In this document: positions 49,062 to 57,652 of the stretch, one piece after another
Layout: each line of letters opens with the position of its first letter
How positions within the stretch are numbered: position 1 is the first letter of the stretch
Program-made: the position numbers and the translations under genes
Assembly: GCA_963662285.2 (NCBI GenBank)
Contig: CAXXMV010000002.1
Coordinates: forward strand, 640,001 to 704,000
Direction: 5' to 3'
DNA length: 64,000 bases
Source of the DNA: a bacterium
Lineage (GTDB): Bacteria > Hinthialibacterota > Hinthialibacteria > Hinthialibacterales > Hinthialibacteraceae
Notes under the pieces: generated by a model
What the model was told of the DNA's origin: nothing
Databases searched by the model: none
Seen by the model: only the letters and a program-made list of their open reading frames with translations

Positions 49062-50168
49062 TTATTTCGTAAGATAGGCTTTACGCATGATCTCAATGTT
49101 TTTGGCATTCCCTGAAAGTCTTTCATCCCTGGTTTCAGAAATCAATGGCGGTAAAGATGTAATTTCATCCGGCTTGGCGAAGCCGTAGAAGCCGATGTCG
49201 GCGTATCTCGGATCATCAACTACTTTAGAGGCGTCATGTTCTGCGCCCCAGCCGCAAAGGCATTGGATGATCTTGCCATGAGGACCAATTGACTGTTTGG
49301 CGGTTTGCAGTTTTTTCGGATCGGGATGTTCATTCATCAGCCAATCCACTTCGCGCAGCACCTTGGAATCCTTCAATTGGGGATGGCTTAGATCGTGGCA
49401 ACTTAACCAGATGATGCAGTCTGGCTTTACTGATTTTGCTGTGGAATGAACCCGTTCCCAACAGCGTTCGACCGCACGGCGTTTGAATGCAAGTTCCCGC
49501 TCCGGTGTTATCTGATCCACGCCTGGAAACGGATCATCCATCAGTTCTTTCCACATCTGACGTTCGCATGGAAGCCATTTCAACTTAAAATCAACTGGTT
49601 GGTATGGTCCATTAAAAAACCAATCAAGCATGAATCCATCAACATTAGTGAGTTGCAAAGATTCCTTGATGGACATGCAAAGGTATTCGATATATTTCTT
49701 AGTGAACGGAATATGGGAATTACTTGGGACGCCGTAACTTTCATCTGGATGCTCTTGCCCCCAGAGAGTATTGGCGCCAACGCAGAAATAGCCCAGTACC
49801 AACATGCCCTCTTCATGGCCTAACCGGACCGTCTCGGTCAGAAAGTCGGTTTTCAACCCTGGCTGTTCGAGAACCACTCCGCCTTTATACCAGGCATAAC
49901 CGTTGCAGGATACGCAGAAAGTTTGCAGTACATTGGCGCCTAAGTCTTTGTACCATTTAACATGTTCCTCTGGAGATGCGTCGGCCCACAAGCCGGGTTT
50001 GGCGAATCCATTGGGGCCGCCCGAACCCCAATTGAAATCTACGCAAAACGCCTTGATCCTATCTGGCAGCTTAATCGGCTCTTCAGCGTATGATAGAAGC
50101 GAGGCAAAACAGGCAATGAGCAACGGAGCTAAGATTAATAAGCCGGGGAATGGAGATTTGCATTTCAT
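49062..50168 (-). CDS. Secreted glycoside-hydrolase-like TIM-barrel protein (GH29/GHL-like)
   Basis: Signal peptide; G.AWY, D.L.E.V...H..GM.V.GY and Y..Y....I.E.L....VDGF.LDW pattern; start moved to ATG 50168. Confidence 0.6.
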   Translation of the reverse strand: MKCKSPFPGLLILAPLLIACFASLLSYAEEPIKLPDRIKAFCVDFNWGSGGPNGFAKPGLWADASPEEHVKWYKDLGANVLQTFCVSCNGYAWYKGGVVLEQPGLKTDFLTETVRLGHEEGMLVLGYFCVGANTLWGQEHPDESYGVPSNSHIPFTKKYIEYLCMSIKESLQLTNVDGFMLDWFFNGPYQPVDFKLKWLPCERQMWKELMDDPFPGVDQITPERELAFKRRAVERCWERVHSTAKSVKPDCIIWLSCHDLSHPQLKDSKVLREVDWLMNEHPDPKKLQTAKQSIGPHGKIIQCLCGWGAEHDASKVVDDPRYADIGFYGFAKPDEITSLPPLISETRDERLSGNAKNIEIMRKAYLTK

Positions 50169-50314
50169 GGGTTTATTTTTCCTTGCCAATCAATAGATTT
50201 TTCGACAACAAGAATTGATCAATTAAGTATTACTATGAAATCATTCTATTTCAATGACTTTTAAGGTAAAATAAATTATTCCCTATTCTTGAAATTGCGT
50301 GAGGAGAAACAACA

Positions 50315-51274
50315 ATGAAAGAACAAGATAAACTATCATTATCAAGACGTGGATTCATCGGCGCTACCGCAGCCGTGGCGGCCTCAACCGTTTTACCTCA
50401 AATTGCTATCGGGGCGGCCAAACCCGACTCGAAGTTCAACGGCGTACAAATTGGAACCATTACTTACAGCTATCGTGGATTGCCCGGTACGGCTGAAGAT
50501 ATTCTCGGATACATTTTGAAATCTGGAATCAGTTCGGTCGAACTAATGGGTGAGCCGGTAGAACAATTCGCCGGGATTCCCGCTGGTGGTGGACGCGGGG
50601 GGCGCGATATGACCGAAGAACAGAAAAAAGCCCAGCAAAAAGCTCAAGAAGAACAACTCAAATGGCGCTTATCTGTTTCAATGGATAAATTCAAAGCACT
50701 GCGCAAGATGTTCAACGACGCAGGCGTCAATATCCATATCGTCAAGTTTGGCGACATAGGCAACAAGAATATGCCGGAAGGTCAGATAGACTACTATTTC
50801 AACGTAGCCAAGGCTCTGGGCGCCAGAGGCATCACCCGTGAACTTTCAGAAGATGCAGCTAAAATACTTGGACCAATCGCCGACAAGCACAAAATAATGA
50901 TTGGATTTCACAATCATACCCAGATCAAGCCGGATACTTATGATGGCTCGATTCTATCCTATGGGAAATACTTGGGGATCAATCTCGATATAGGTCATTA
51001 TGTTGCTGGAACCAATGAGTCCCCGATTCCCATGATCAAGAAATTCAAGGATAGAATTCTCAGCATCCATATCAAAGACCGCAAAATCAACAACGGTCCC
51101 AACATGCCTTTAGGCCAGGGAGACACACCGTTATCTTTGATCCTACAACTTATGAAAAAAGAGCAATACACTTTCCCGGCTGATATCGAACTGGAATACA
51201 AAGTTCCTGAAAATTCCGACCCGGTTACTGAAGTAGCCAAATGTGTTGAATTCTGCAAGAACGCTCTGGCGTAA
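50315..51274 (+). CDS. Tat-exported xylose-isomerase-like TIM-barrel protein
   Basis: SRRGFIG; G.ITYSYR, HNH, LDIGH, HIKDR and IELEY. Confidence 0.88.
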   Translation: MKEQDKLSLSRRGFIGATAAVAASTVLPQIAIGAAKPDSKFNGVQIGTITYSYRGLPGTAEDILGYILKSGISSVELMGEPVEQFAGIPAGGGRGGRDMTEEQKKAQQKAQEEQLKWRLSVSMDKFKALRKMFNDAGVNIHIVKFGDIGNKNMPEGQIDYYFNVAKALGARGITRELSEDAAKILGPIADKHKIMIGFHNHTQIKPDTYDGSILSYGKYLGINLDIGHYVAGTNESPIPMIKKFKDRILSIHIKDRKINNGPNMPLGQGDTPLSLILQLMKKEQYTFPADIELEYKVPENSDPVTEVAKCVEFCKNALA

Positions 51275-51309
51275 TACTGCTTGATGATCAACTGCTTTCA
51301 TTGGCTTAA

Positions 51310-51350
51310 GTGGGCGCCAAGGGCAAGACCGCAAAGCGGTCAGCCCTTGA
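51310..51350. repeat. 41-bp hairpin repeat, copy 1
   Basis: GTGGGCGCCAAGGGCAAGACCGCAAAGCGGTCAGCCCTTGA; 38/41 identical to 59627..59667. Confidence 0.85.
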
Positions 51351-51382
51351 GGCAGATGCAAAAACTTATGATGTTAAACAAA

Positions 51383-51429
51383 CATCGCCCAGGCATAATC
51401 AGCCTGGGCGATGCATTATTCTTTATTTT
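51383..51429 (+). terminator. Probable bidirectional terminator between convergent genes
   Basis: CATCGCCCAGGC...GCCTGGGCGATG with A/T-rich flanks. Confidence 0.75.
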
Positions 51430-51483
51430 GAAAAAACCACCCGCCCAATAATGATAACCTAACTGCTGCTTTTTTATCTTGCC

Positions 51484-51807
51484 TCAATCAAATCCCAATT
51501 CCAGTTTGGCCGCTTCGGTCATCATATCGAAAGTCCAGGGCGGTTCCCATAGAATTTCTACATCCACGCCGGTTACCCATGAGAGGCTGTCAACTCTTGC
51601 TTTAACGTCATTCGGCATCGATTCAGCGACTGGACACGCGGGTGATGTCAGGGTCATTGAAATTGAAACGGTATTATCCTTGTGAACTGCCACGCCATAG
51701 ACCAATCCCAAGTCGTAAATATTGACCGGGATTTCGGGATCATATACTTCTCTAAGTTTTTGAATTACCTGCTCTTTTTGATCTACATCATTCACAGTAG
51801 TTTCCAT
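51484..51807 (-). CDS. sufT: SUF system Fe-S assembly protein SufT (DUF59)
   Basis: V.DPEIPVNIYDLGLVY, MTLTSPACP and WEPPW. Confidence 0.93.
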   Translation of the reverse strand: METTVNDVDQKEQVIQKLREVYDPEIPVNIYDLGLVYGVAVHKDNTVSISMTLTSPACPVAESMPNDVKARVDSLSWVTGVDVEILWEPPWTFDMMTEAAKLELGFD

Positions 51808-51865
51808 GCTATTTTTCCTGAGTTGGATTGATTTTTTCGTAATAGTAAAGCCTATTAGAATCGTA

Positions 51866-51954
51866 TCCCTCCCCCAAGCCTGGGAGGAGGTTAGGAGGGG
51901 GTTGATTTGTCGAAACGCAACTCCCCTCTAACTCCCCCCAGGCTTGGGGGGAGA
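51866..51954. mobile_element. Short inverted-repeat element (MITE/REP-like) between sufU and sufT
   Basis: About 35-bp imperfect arms CTCCCCCAAGCCTGGGAGGAGGTTAGGAGGGG / CCCCTCTAACTCCCCCCAGGCTTGGGGGGAG, each self-palindromic. Confidence 0.6.
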
Positions 51955-51968
51955 ATTTAATTATCAAA

Positions 51969-52421
51969 CTATTCGGTTGAAACGATATCCTCTTTAGCTT
52001 CAATCGCCGCGTTGAGCGTATGCCAGCACAGCGTGGCGCATTTAACCCGCATGGGATACTCTCGTACGCCGCCCAGGGATTTCAGTTTTCCCACGCATAC
52101 TTCGCATGTTTCAGAATTTTTTTGACCTGTAACCAGATCGTGAAAACTATTAAAAATGGTCTTGACTTCCTCAATAGTTTTTCCTTTGACGCTTTCGGTC
52201 ATCATCGAAGCGGACGCAGTTGATATCGCGCATCCTTTGCCTTCGAAACTCACATCTGTAATGATATCTCCGTCGAGATGAAGATACACTTTGATCTTGT
52301 CGCCGCAAAGTGGGTTGTATCCATCCGCTTCATGGTTGGCGTCTTCCATTTTGCGAAAATTACGCGGTTTTTTGTTATGATCCAGAATAATTTCTTGATA
52401 TAAATCTTGTAATTCCGACAT
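51969..52421 (-). CDS. sufU: SUF system NifU-family scaffold/sulfur transfer protein
   Basis: LYQEIILDH, NPLCGD, GCAIS.AS.S and RVKCATL.W. Confidence 0.96.
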   Translation of the reverse strand: MSELQDLYQEIILDHNKKPRNFRKMEDANHEADGYNPLCGDKIKVYLHLDGDIITDVSFEGKGCAISTASASMMTESVKGKTIEEVKTIFNSFHDLVTGQKNSETCEVCVGKLKSLGGVREYPMRVKCATLCWHTLNAAIEAKEDIVSTE

Positions 52422-53704
52422 TAGCTGAATACCTCAATAACTTTCTTAATCCCATGTCCCAGCGCGTCAATCTCTTCTTTAGTGTTATAAAAAGCCAGTG
52501 AAGCGCGGGCTGTGGCCGGGATGCCCAAACGGTCCATTACCGGCTGCGCGCAATGATGACCCGTGCGAACTGCAATGCCATATTTATCCAGGATGGTTCC
52601 TATGTCGTGAGGGTGAATATCCTCTATCAAAAACGAGATCACTGATGCTTTATCCTGGGCGGTTCCAATAATCTGCACTTCCGGTATATCGCTCAAAACC
52701 TGCGTGGCATAGTCCAACAGATCATGTTCGTACTGCGCAATGGCCTCTAAACCAATGGAGTTGAGATAATCAATCGCGGCGGCCATTCCGATACTGCCAG
52801 CGATATTGGGCGTCCCAGCTTCAAATTTATAAGGCAAATCGTTGTAAAGCGTCTTTTCAAATGAGACGTAACTGATCATGTCTCCACCGCCCTGATATGG
52901 CGGCATTGAGTTGAGATACTCGGACTTGCCGTACAATACGCCGGTCCCGGTGGGTCCGTAAATCTTATGCCCGGAAAAGACGAAGAAATCGCAATCAAGC
53001 GCCTGTACGTCAATCTTCTGGTGGGGAGCGCTTTGCGCTCCATCGATCAATACCGGAACCCCCCGGCTATGCGCCAGCCGGATAATATCTTCAATAGGAT
53101 TTATAGTTCCCAAAGCGTTTGAAACATGCACTACGGCCACCAAAGCCGTTTTGTCATTCAACAGTTTCTGGTATTTATCAAAAACCAGTTCGCCTTCATC
53201 GGTCATGGGGATTACCCGCAGAACCGCTCCGGTCTGTTCGCATAGCATCTGCCAGGGTACGATGTTGGCGTGATGCTCCATAGCTGAGATGATTATTTCA
53301 TCACCCTTATTTATCTTGGATCGCCCGTAACTGGAAGCTACTAGATTAATTCCCTCAGTGGCGTTGCGTACAAAAATAATCTCTTTGCTATCCGCCGCAT
53401 TGATAAATTTCTGCGCCGTCTGGCGGGCTTCTTCGTAAGCAGTAGTGCATTCCTGGCTTAGCAGATGAACCCCGCGGTGAATGTTGGAGTAATAATCCGA
53501 ATAAACGCTGGTTATAGCATCAATAACTGCGCGGGGCTTCTGGTTCGATGCAGCATTATCCAGATAAACCAACGGCTTGCCATGAACCGTCCGGCTAAGG
53601 ATAGGAAAATCCTGCCGGATTTTCGATATATCAAATGGTGGATTCTTCACAATTGTATTCTCTGATAAACCTTCTGATGTCAATGTGGTTTCTGTCGCCG
53701 CCAT
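52421..53704 (-). CDS. sufS: Cysteine desulfurase SufS
   Basis: YLDNAA, HRG.H, EHHAN, DGAQ, SGHK, FEAGTP and RTGHHCAQP. Confidence 0.97.
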   Translation of the reverse strand: MAATETTLTSEGLSENTIVKNPPFDISKIRQDFPILSRTVHGKPLVYLDNAASNQKPRAVIDAITSVYSDYYSNIHRGVHLLSQECTTAYEEARQTAQKFINAADSKEIIFVRNATEGINLVASSYGRSKINKGDEIIISAMEHHANIVPWQMLCEQTGAVLRVIPMTDEGELVFDKYQKLLNDKTALVAVVHVSNALGTINPIEDIIRLAHSRGVPVLIDGAQSAPHQKIDVQALDCDFFVFSGHKIYGPTGTGVLYGKSEYLNSMPPYQGGGDMISYVSFEKTLYNDLPYKFEAGTPNIAGSIGMAAAIDYLNSIGLEAIAQYEHDLLDYATQVLSDIPEVQIIGTAQDKASVISFLIEDIHPHDIGTILDKYGIAVRTGHHCAQPVMDRLGIPATARASLAFYNTKEEIDALGHGIKKVIEVFS

Positions 53705-53723
53705 GGTTCCAACTCCCTCTGCT

Positions 53724-55046
53724 TTATTGCACCGGCAATATATTGCGCAATATATGATCTAATTTTTCACGAAGAGATTCTATGCTGATCCGGCTTATCA
53801 CTTCACGCGCGAAAGCGTATGTCAAAAGCGCCTGGGCCGCTTTTTTATTGATGCCTCTGGCCTGAAGATAAAAGATGCTCTCCTTATCTAAATGACCGGT
53901 GGTGGCGCCATGTGAGCATTTAACGTCATCAGCATATATCTCTAATTGGGGCAGAGAATTGACCTGCGCGTCTTCTGATAAAAGTAAGGTATCGTTGTTT
54001 TGTTGGGCGTCAGTCTTCTGGGCGTCAGGGAACACATGAACCAGGCCTTTGAAAACTCCTGAACTTTTATCGGTCAGAATGCCTTTATATACTTCTTTGC
54101 TGGAGCAATTTGGCTTGGTATGATCTATCCATGTATGATTATCTATATGACGCTCGCCATCAGCCAGATACAGGCCGTTCAAGCCGCAGTGAATTCCTTC
54201 GCTGTCCAATACCGCCCTGATATCGTTCCTAACCAATACGCCGCCAAAAGCCATAGAGTGATTATTGTACTGGCTGTCTCTATCTTGATGGATATGCGAT
54301 ACTCCAACGTGAAACGCGTTATTCGATTCGTTTTGTAATTTACAATGCTCAATTGAGGCGTTGGCGCCGACTGTAATTTCCGTGACGGCATTGGTGAAAT
54401 ATTTCTCACCATCTTTTCCGGCATAACTCTCAATAATTTTGGCTTGAGAAGATCGCCCCGCCGCAATCACATTTCTTGGATGAGAGACGGTACTCTTTCC
54501 TATTGCAGAAGAGTAATAAAGAAAATGCACCGGGCGTTCCACTATCGTTCCGTTCGGGATATGGATATAAACGCCATCCTGCAGAAAAGCAGTATTGAGC
54601 GCTGCAAACGGGTTGTCATCAAAACTGCCTTTTCGCGCCAGATATGGCTCCAGGCGATCCGGTTCAGTCGCCAGCGTGACCGCCAAACTTTGTACGCATA
54701 CGCCATCTGGCAGATTATCCAGTTGCGATAAATTCGCATCGAAACGTCCATTCACGAAAACCAGCCGGTAGGCATTCAGTTGATCTATGAAATGATCATC
54801 CAGATCGCTTTGGACTACATTATGCTCTTTAACTTCATCTAATACGAAATCCTGCTCAATCAATGATGAGAGATTGGTGTGCCGCCACTCTTCATCTTTG
54901 ATAGTGGGGAATCCTAATTCACGAAAACGCGCGAAAGCCTCTTGGCGTATGCGGGGCAGCCAGTCCGGCTCTTTGTCCGCTATTTGGCTGACAAAGGCTT
55001 CGAAAGCGCTGTTATATTTATCTATCTGTTCCAAGACTTGGGTCAT
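53724..55046 (-). CDS. sufD: Fe-S cluster assembly protein SufD
   Basis: EEWRHT, AQKTDA.Q, P.LEIYADDVKCSHGAT and YL.ARGI. Confidence 0.96.
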   Translation of the reverse strand: MTQVLEQIDKYNSAFEAFVSQIADKEPDWLPRIRQEAFARFRELGFPTIKDEEWRHTNLSSLIEQDFVLDEVKEHNVVQSDLDDHFIDQLNAYRLVFVNGRFDANLSQLDNLPDGVCVQSLAVTLATEPDRLEPYLARKGSFDDNPFAALNTAFLQDGVYIHIPNGTIVERPVHFLYYSSAIGKSTVSHPRNVIAAGRSSQAKIIESYAGKDGEKYFTNAVTEITVGANASIEHCKLQNESNNAFHVGVSHIHQDRDSQYNNHSMAFGGVLVRNDIRAVLDSEGIHCGLNGLYLADGERHIDNHTWIDHTKPNCSSKEVYKGILTDKSSGVFKGLVHVFPDAQKTDAQQNNDTLLLSEDAQVNSLPQLEIYADDVKCSHGATTGHLDKESIFYLQARGINKKAAQALLTYAFAREVISRISIESLREKLDHILRNILPVQ

Positions 55047-55082
55047 GGCGTTCGACTTCCTTTCACATTCAGGCTGGCAGGT

Positions 55083-55868
55083 TTACGCTCCAACAGTCGT
55101 CGCTGCGCCATGCTCTTCCTTCAACCAGTCGTAACCTTCTTGTTCAACCTTTTTAGCCAGATCAAAACTGCCTGATTTGACAATTTTTCCATCAGACAGA
55201 ATATGTACGTGTTCGGGCGTTAGATAATTCAGGATTCTCTCGTAATGGGTAATCACGATGATGGCGCGGTTTTCGTTGCGCAATTTTTGAACACCTTCCG
55301 CAACAATGCGTAATGCATCAACATCCAAGCCTGAATCGGTCTCATCCAGTATGGCCAGTTTTGGTTCGAGAACCGCCATGTGGAAAATTTCGTTGCGCTT
55401 CTTTTCACCACCGGAAAATCCTTCGTTAACCGAACGCTTTAATAGTTCCCGTGGAAGATCGACCAGACGGATTTTCTTGTCTATCAATTCAAGAAATTCA
55501 ATCGCATCCAGTTCTTCCTGGCCGCGATATTTCCTCACCGAGTTCAGCGCGGCTTTGAGGAAATAGGAATTTGATATTCCCGGAATCTCCACCGGATACT
55601 GAAATGCCATATATATGCCCTCACAGGCTCGCACATCAGCCGACATCTCCAACAGGTCCTTGCCTTCATAGGTAATAGAACCTTCAGTTATTTGGTACGC
55701 TTCATGACCGGCAATAGTCTGAGATAGAGTGCTTTTGCCCGAACCATTGGGTCCCATGATGGCGTGAACCTCACCGGCTTTAACTTCAAGATTGATCCCT
55801 TTCAGGATTTCTGTGTTTTCGACGTTTACATGCAAATTTTCTATTTTCAACATTTCATTGATCTCCAT
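55083..55868 (-). CDS. sufC: Fe-S cluster assembly ATPase SufC
   Basis: GPNGSGKST, FQYPVEIPG, FSGGEKKRNE and LDETDSGLD. Confidence 0.98.
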   Translation of the reverse strand: MEINEMLKIENLHVNVENTEILKGINLEVKAGEVHAIMGPNGSGKSTLSQTIAGHEAYQITEGSITYEGKDLLEMSADVRACEGIYMAFQYPVEIPGISNSYFLKAALNSVRKYRGQEELDAIEFLELIDKKIRLVDLPRELLKRSVNEGFSGGEKKRNEIFHMAVLEPKLAILDETDSGLDVDALRIVAEGVQKLRNENRAIIVITHYERILNYLTPEHVHILSDGKIVKSGSFDLAKKVEQEGYDWLKEEHGAATTVGA

Positions 55869-55883
55869 TTCTGATTACTGCAA

Positions 55884-57329
55884 TTACCCGACGCTTCCTT
55901 CAAGACTGATGCTCAGAAGTTTCTGCGCTTCGACGGCGAATTCCATTGGCAAGACGCGAAATACATCTTTGCAAAATCCGTTCACTATCATACTAACCGC
56001 ATCTTCAACGCTCATGCCCCGCTGTTGGCAATAAAAAATCTGGTCTTCGCTGATCTTCGAGGTAGTCGCTTCGTGTTCGACCTGCGCTGTACTATTTTTG
56101 ACGTCTATATATGGAAAAGTGTGAGCGCCGCATTTGTCGCCCATCAGCATTGAATCGCATTGGGTGTAGTTTCTGGCATTCGAGGCGCCTTTTTGGATTT
56201 TCACCAGACCCCGGTAAGTATTCTGCGCAAATCCGGCTGAGATGCCTTTGGAGATGATAGTGCTCTTGGTGTTCTTGCCGATATGAATCATCTTGGTTCC
56301 GGTATCGGCCTGTTGATAATTATTGGTTAAGGCCACTGAATAAAACTCGCCCACTGAATCGTCGCCCAACAGAATGCAACTGGGGTATTTCCAGGTTACT
56401 GCTGAACCGGTTTCAACCTGAGTCCACGAGATTTTCGATCTGGCGCCCGCGCATTTACCGCGTTTGGTCACGAAATTAAATATTCCGCCTTTGCCCTCTT
56501 TATCGCCGGGATACCAGTTTTGTACGGTGGAATATTTAATCTCGGCGTCTTTCAAGGCGACCAGTTCTACCACCGCAGCATGCAATTGGTTTTCGTCGCG
56601 CATTGGCGCCGTGCAGCCTTCGAGATAACTGACGTAGGCGCCTTCATCGGCTATGATCAACGTACGCTCAAACTGTCCGGTATTAGCGGCGTTGATGCGG
56701 AAATAAGTCGATAACTCCATCGGGCAGCGCACGCCTTTGGGTACGTAGACGAAAGATCCGTCGCTGAATACAGCTGTATTCAGCGCCGCATAATAATTGT
56801 CTGTATGAGGAACCACTGATCCCAGGTATTGCTTAATCAGATCGGGATGATTTTTAACCGCTTCTGAAAATGAGCAGAAGATTATCCCGCTCTCAGCCAA
56901 TTTACCCTTAAATGTGGTCGCCACCGAAACGCTGTCGAATACCGCATCAACCGCAACCCCGGCCAGCATCATCTGCTCTTCAATAGGGATGCCCAGCTTG
57001 TTGTAGGTCGCCAATATCTCCGGATCAATCTCGTCCAGGCTATTAGGCCTGTCTTTATCGGTCTTTGGCGCCGCATAATAACTTATGGCCTGATAATCCA
57101 CTGATGGATATTTGAGATGGGGCCAGGTCGGCTCTTTCAACTCAAGCCAGTGGCGATACGCCTTAAGGCGCCATTCCAGCAGAAATTCCGGTTCTTCCTT
57201 AATTTTTGATATTTGCCGGATAACGTCTTCGCTTAGACCTATTGGAATCACATCCTGTTCAATGTCAGTTGTGAATCCATACTTATAATCCTGTAGTGCA
57301 TCTTGTACCGTCGTATCAGATGATATCAT
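55884..57329 (-). CDS. sufB: Fe-S cluster assembly protein SufB
   Basis: [37 protein letters not shown] and EHEA. Confidence 0.98.
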   Translation of the reverse strand: MISSDTTVQDALQDYKYGFTTDIEQDVIPIGLSEDVIRQISKIKEEPEFLLEWRLKAYRHWLELKEPTWPHLKYPSVDYQAISYYAAPKTDKDRPNSLDEIDPEILATYNKLGIPIEEQMMLAGVAVDAVFDSVSVATTFKGKLAESGIIFCSFSEAVKNHPDLIKQYLGSVVPHTDNYYAALNTAVFSDGSFVYVPKGVRCPMELSTYFRINAANTGQFERTLIIADEGAYVSYLEGCTAPMRDENQLHAAVVELVALKDAEIKYSTVQNWYPGDKEGKGGIFNFVTKRGKCAGARSKISWTQVETGSAVTWKYPSCILLGDDSVGEFYSVALTNNYQQADTGTKMIHIGKNTKSTIISKGISAGFAQNTYRGLVKIQKGASNARNYTQCDSMLMGDKCGAHTFPYIDVKNSTAQVEHEATTSKISEDQIFYCQQRGMSVEDAVSMIVNGFCKDVFRVLPMEFAVEAQKLLSISLEGSVG

Positions 57330-57417
57330 AGTGATTCCCTTGATTTGCCAAGTGTTAAATATTACTGAAGTCGCCTTCAGCCGCCATATCAGTATTAAAA
57401 AGCTTAAAATCGTTATA

Positions 57418-57470
57418 ATTTACTTGACATTGTCAAGCTTATCCCATTCACTTGACGATGTCAAGTAAAT
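57418..57470. promoter_or_regulatory. Twin palindromic operator (CTTGAC-N3-GTCAAG x2) overlapping the putative suf sigma70 promoter
   Basis: Boxes at 57423..57437 and 57451..57465; minus-strand TTGACA-N17-TAAGCT runs through them. Confidence 0.65.
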
Positions 57471-57652
57471 TTTCGCGATTATTTCATAATATTCAGAATA
57501 ATCCAAACAAAATGATATACGCCCCGATTTGGAACAGTATTTTGGATTTAATATAATTATCTATTGACAAAGTAAACTCATATATGCCAACATTTAGATT
57601 CGATAGATCCAATGTATTAAGTAATGATTTATAACCAGAAAGGATTGAGTGA

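Noticed and set aside
51809-52003. 64-aa ORF between sufU and sufT
   Set aside because: It is a translation of the palindromic repeat element and overlaps sufU.
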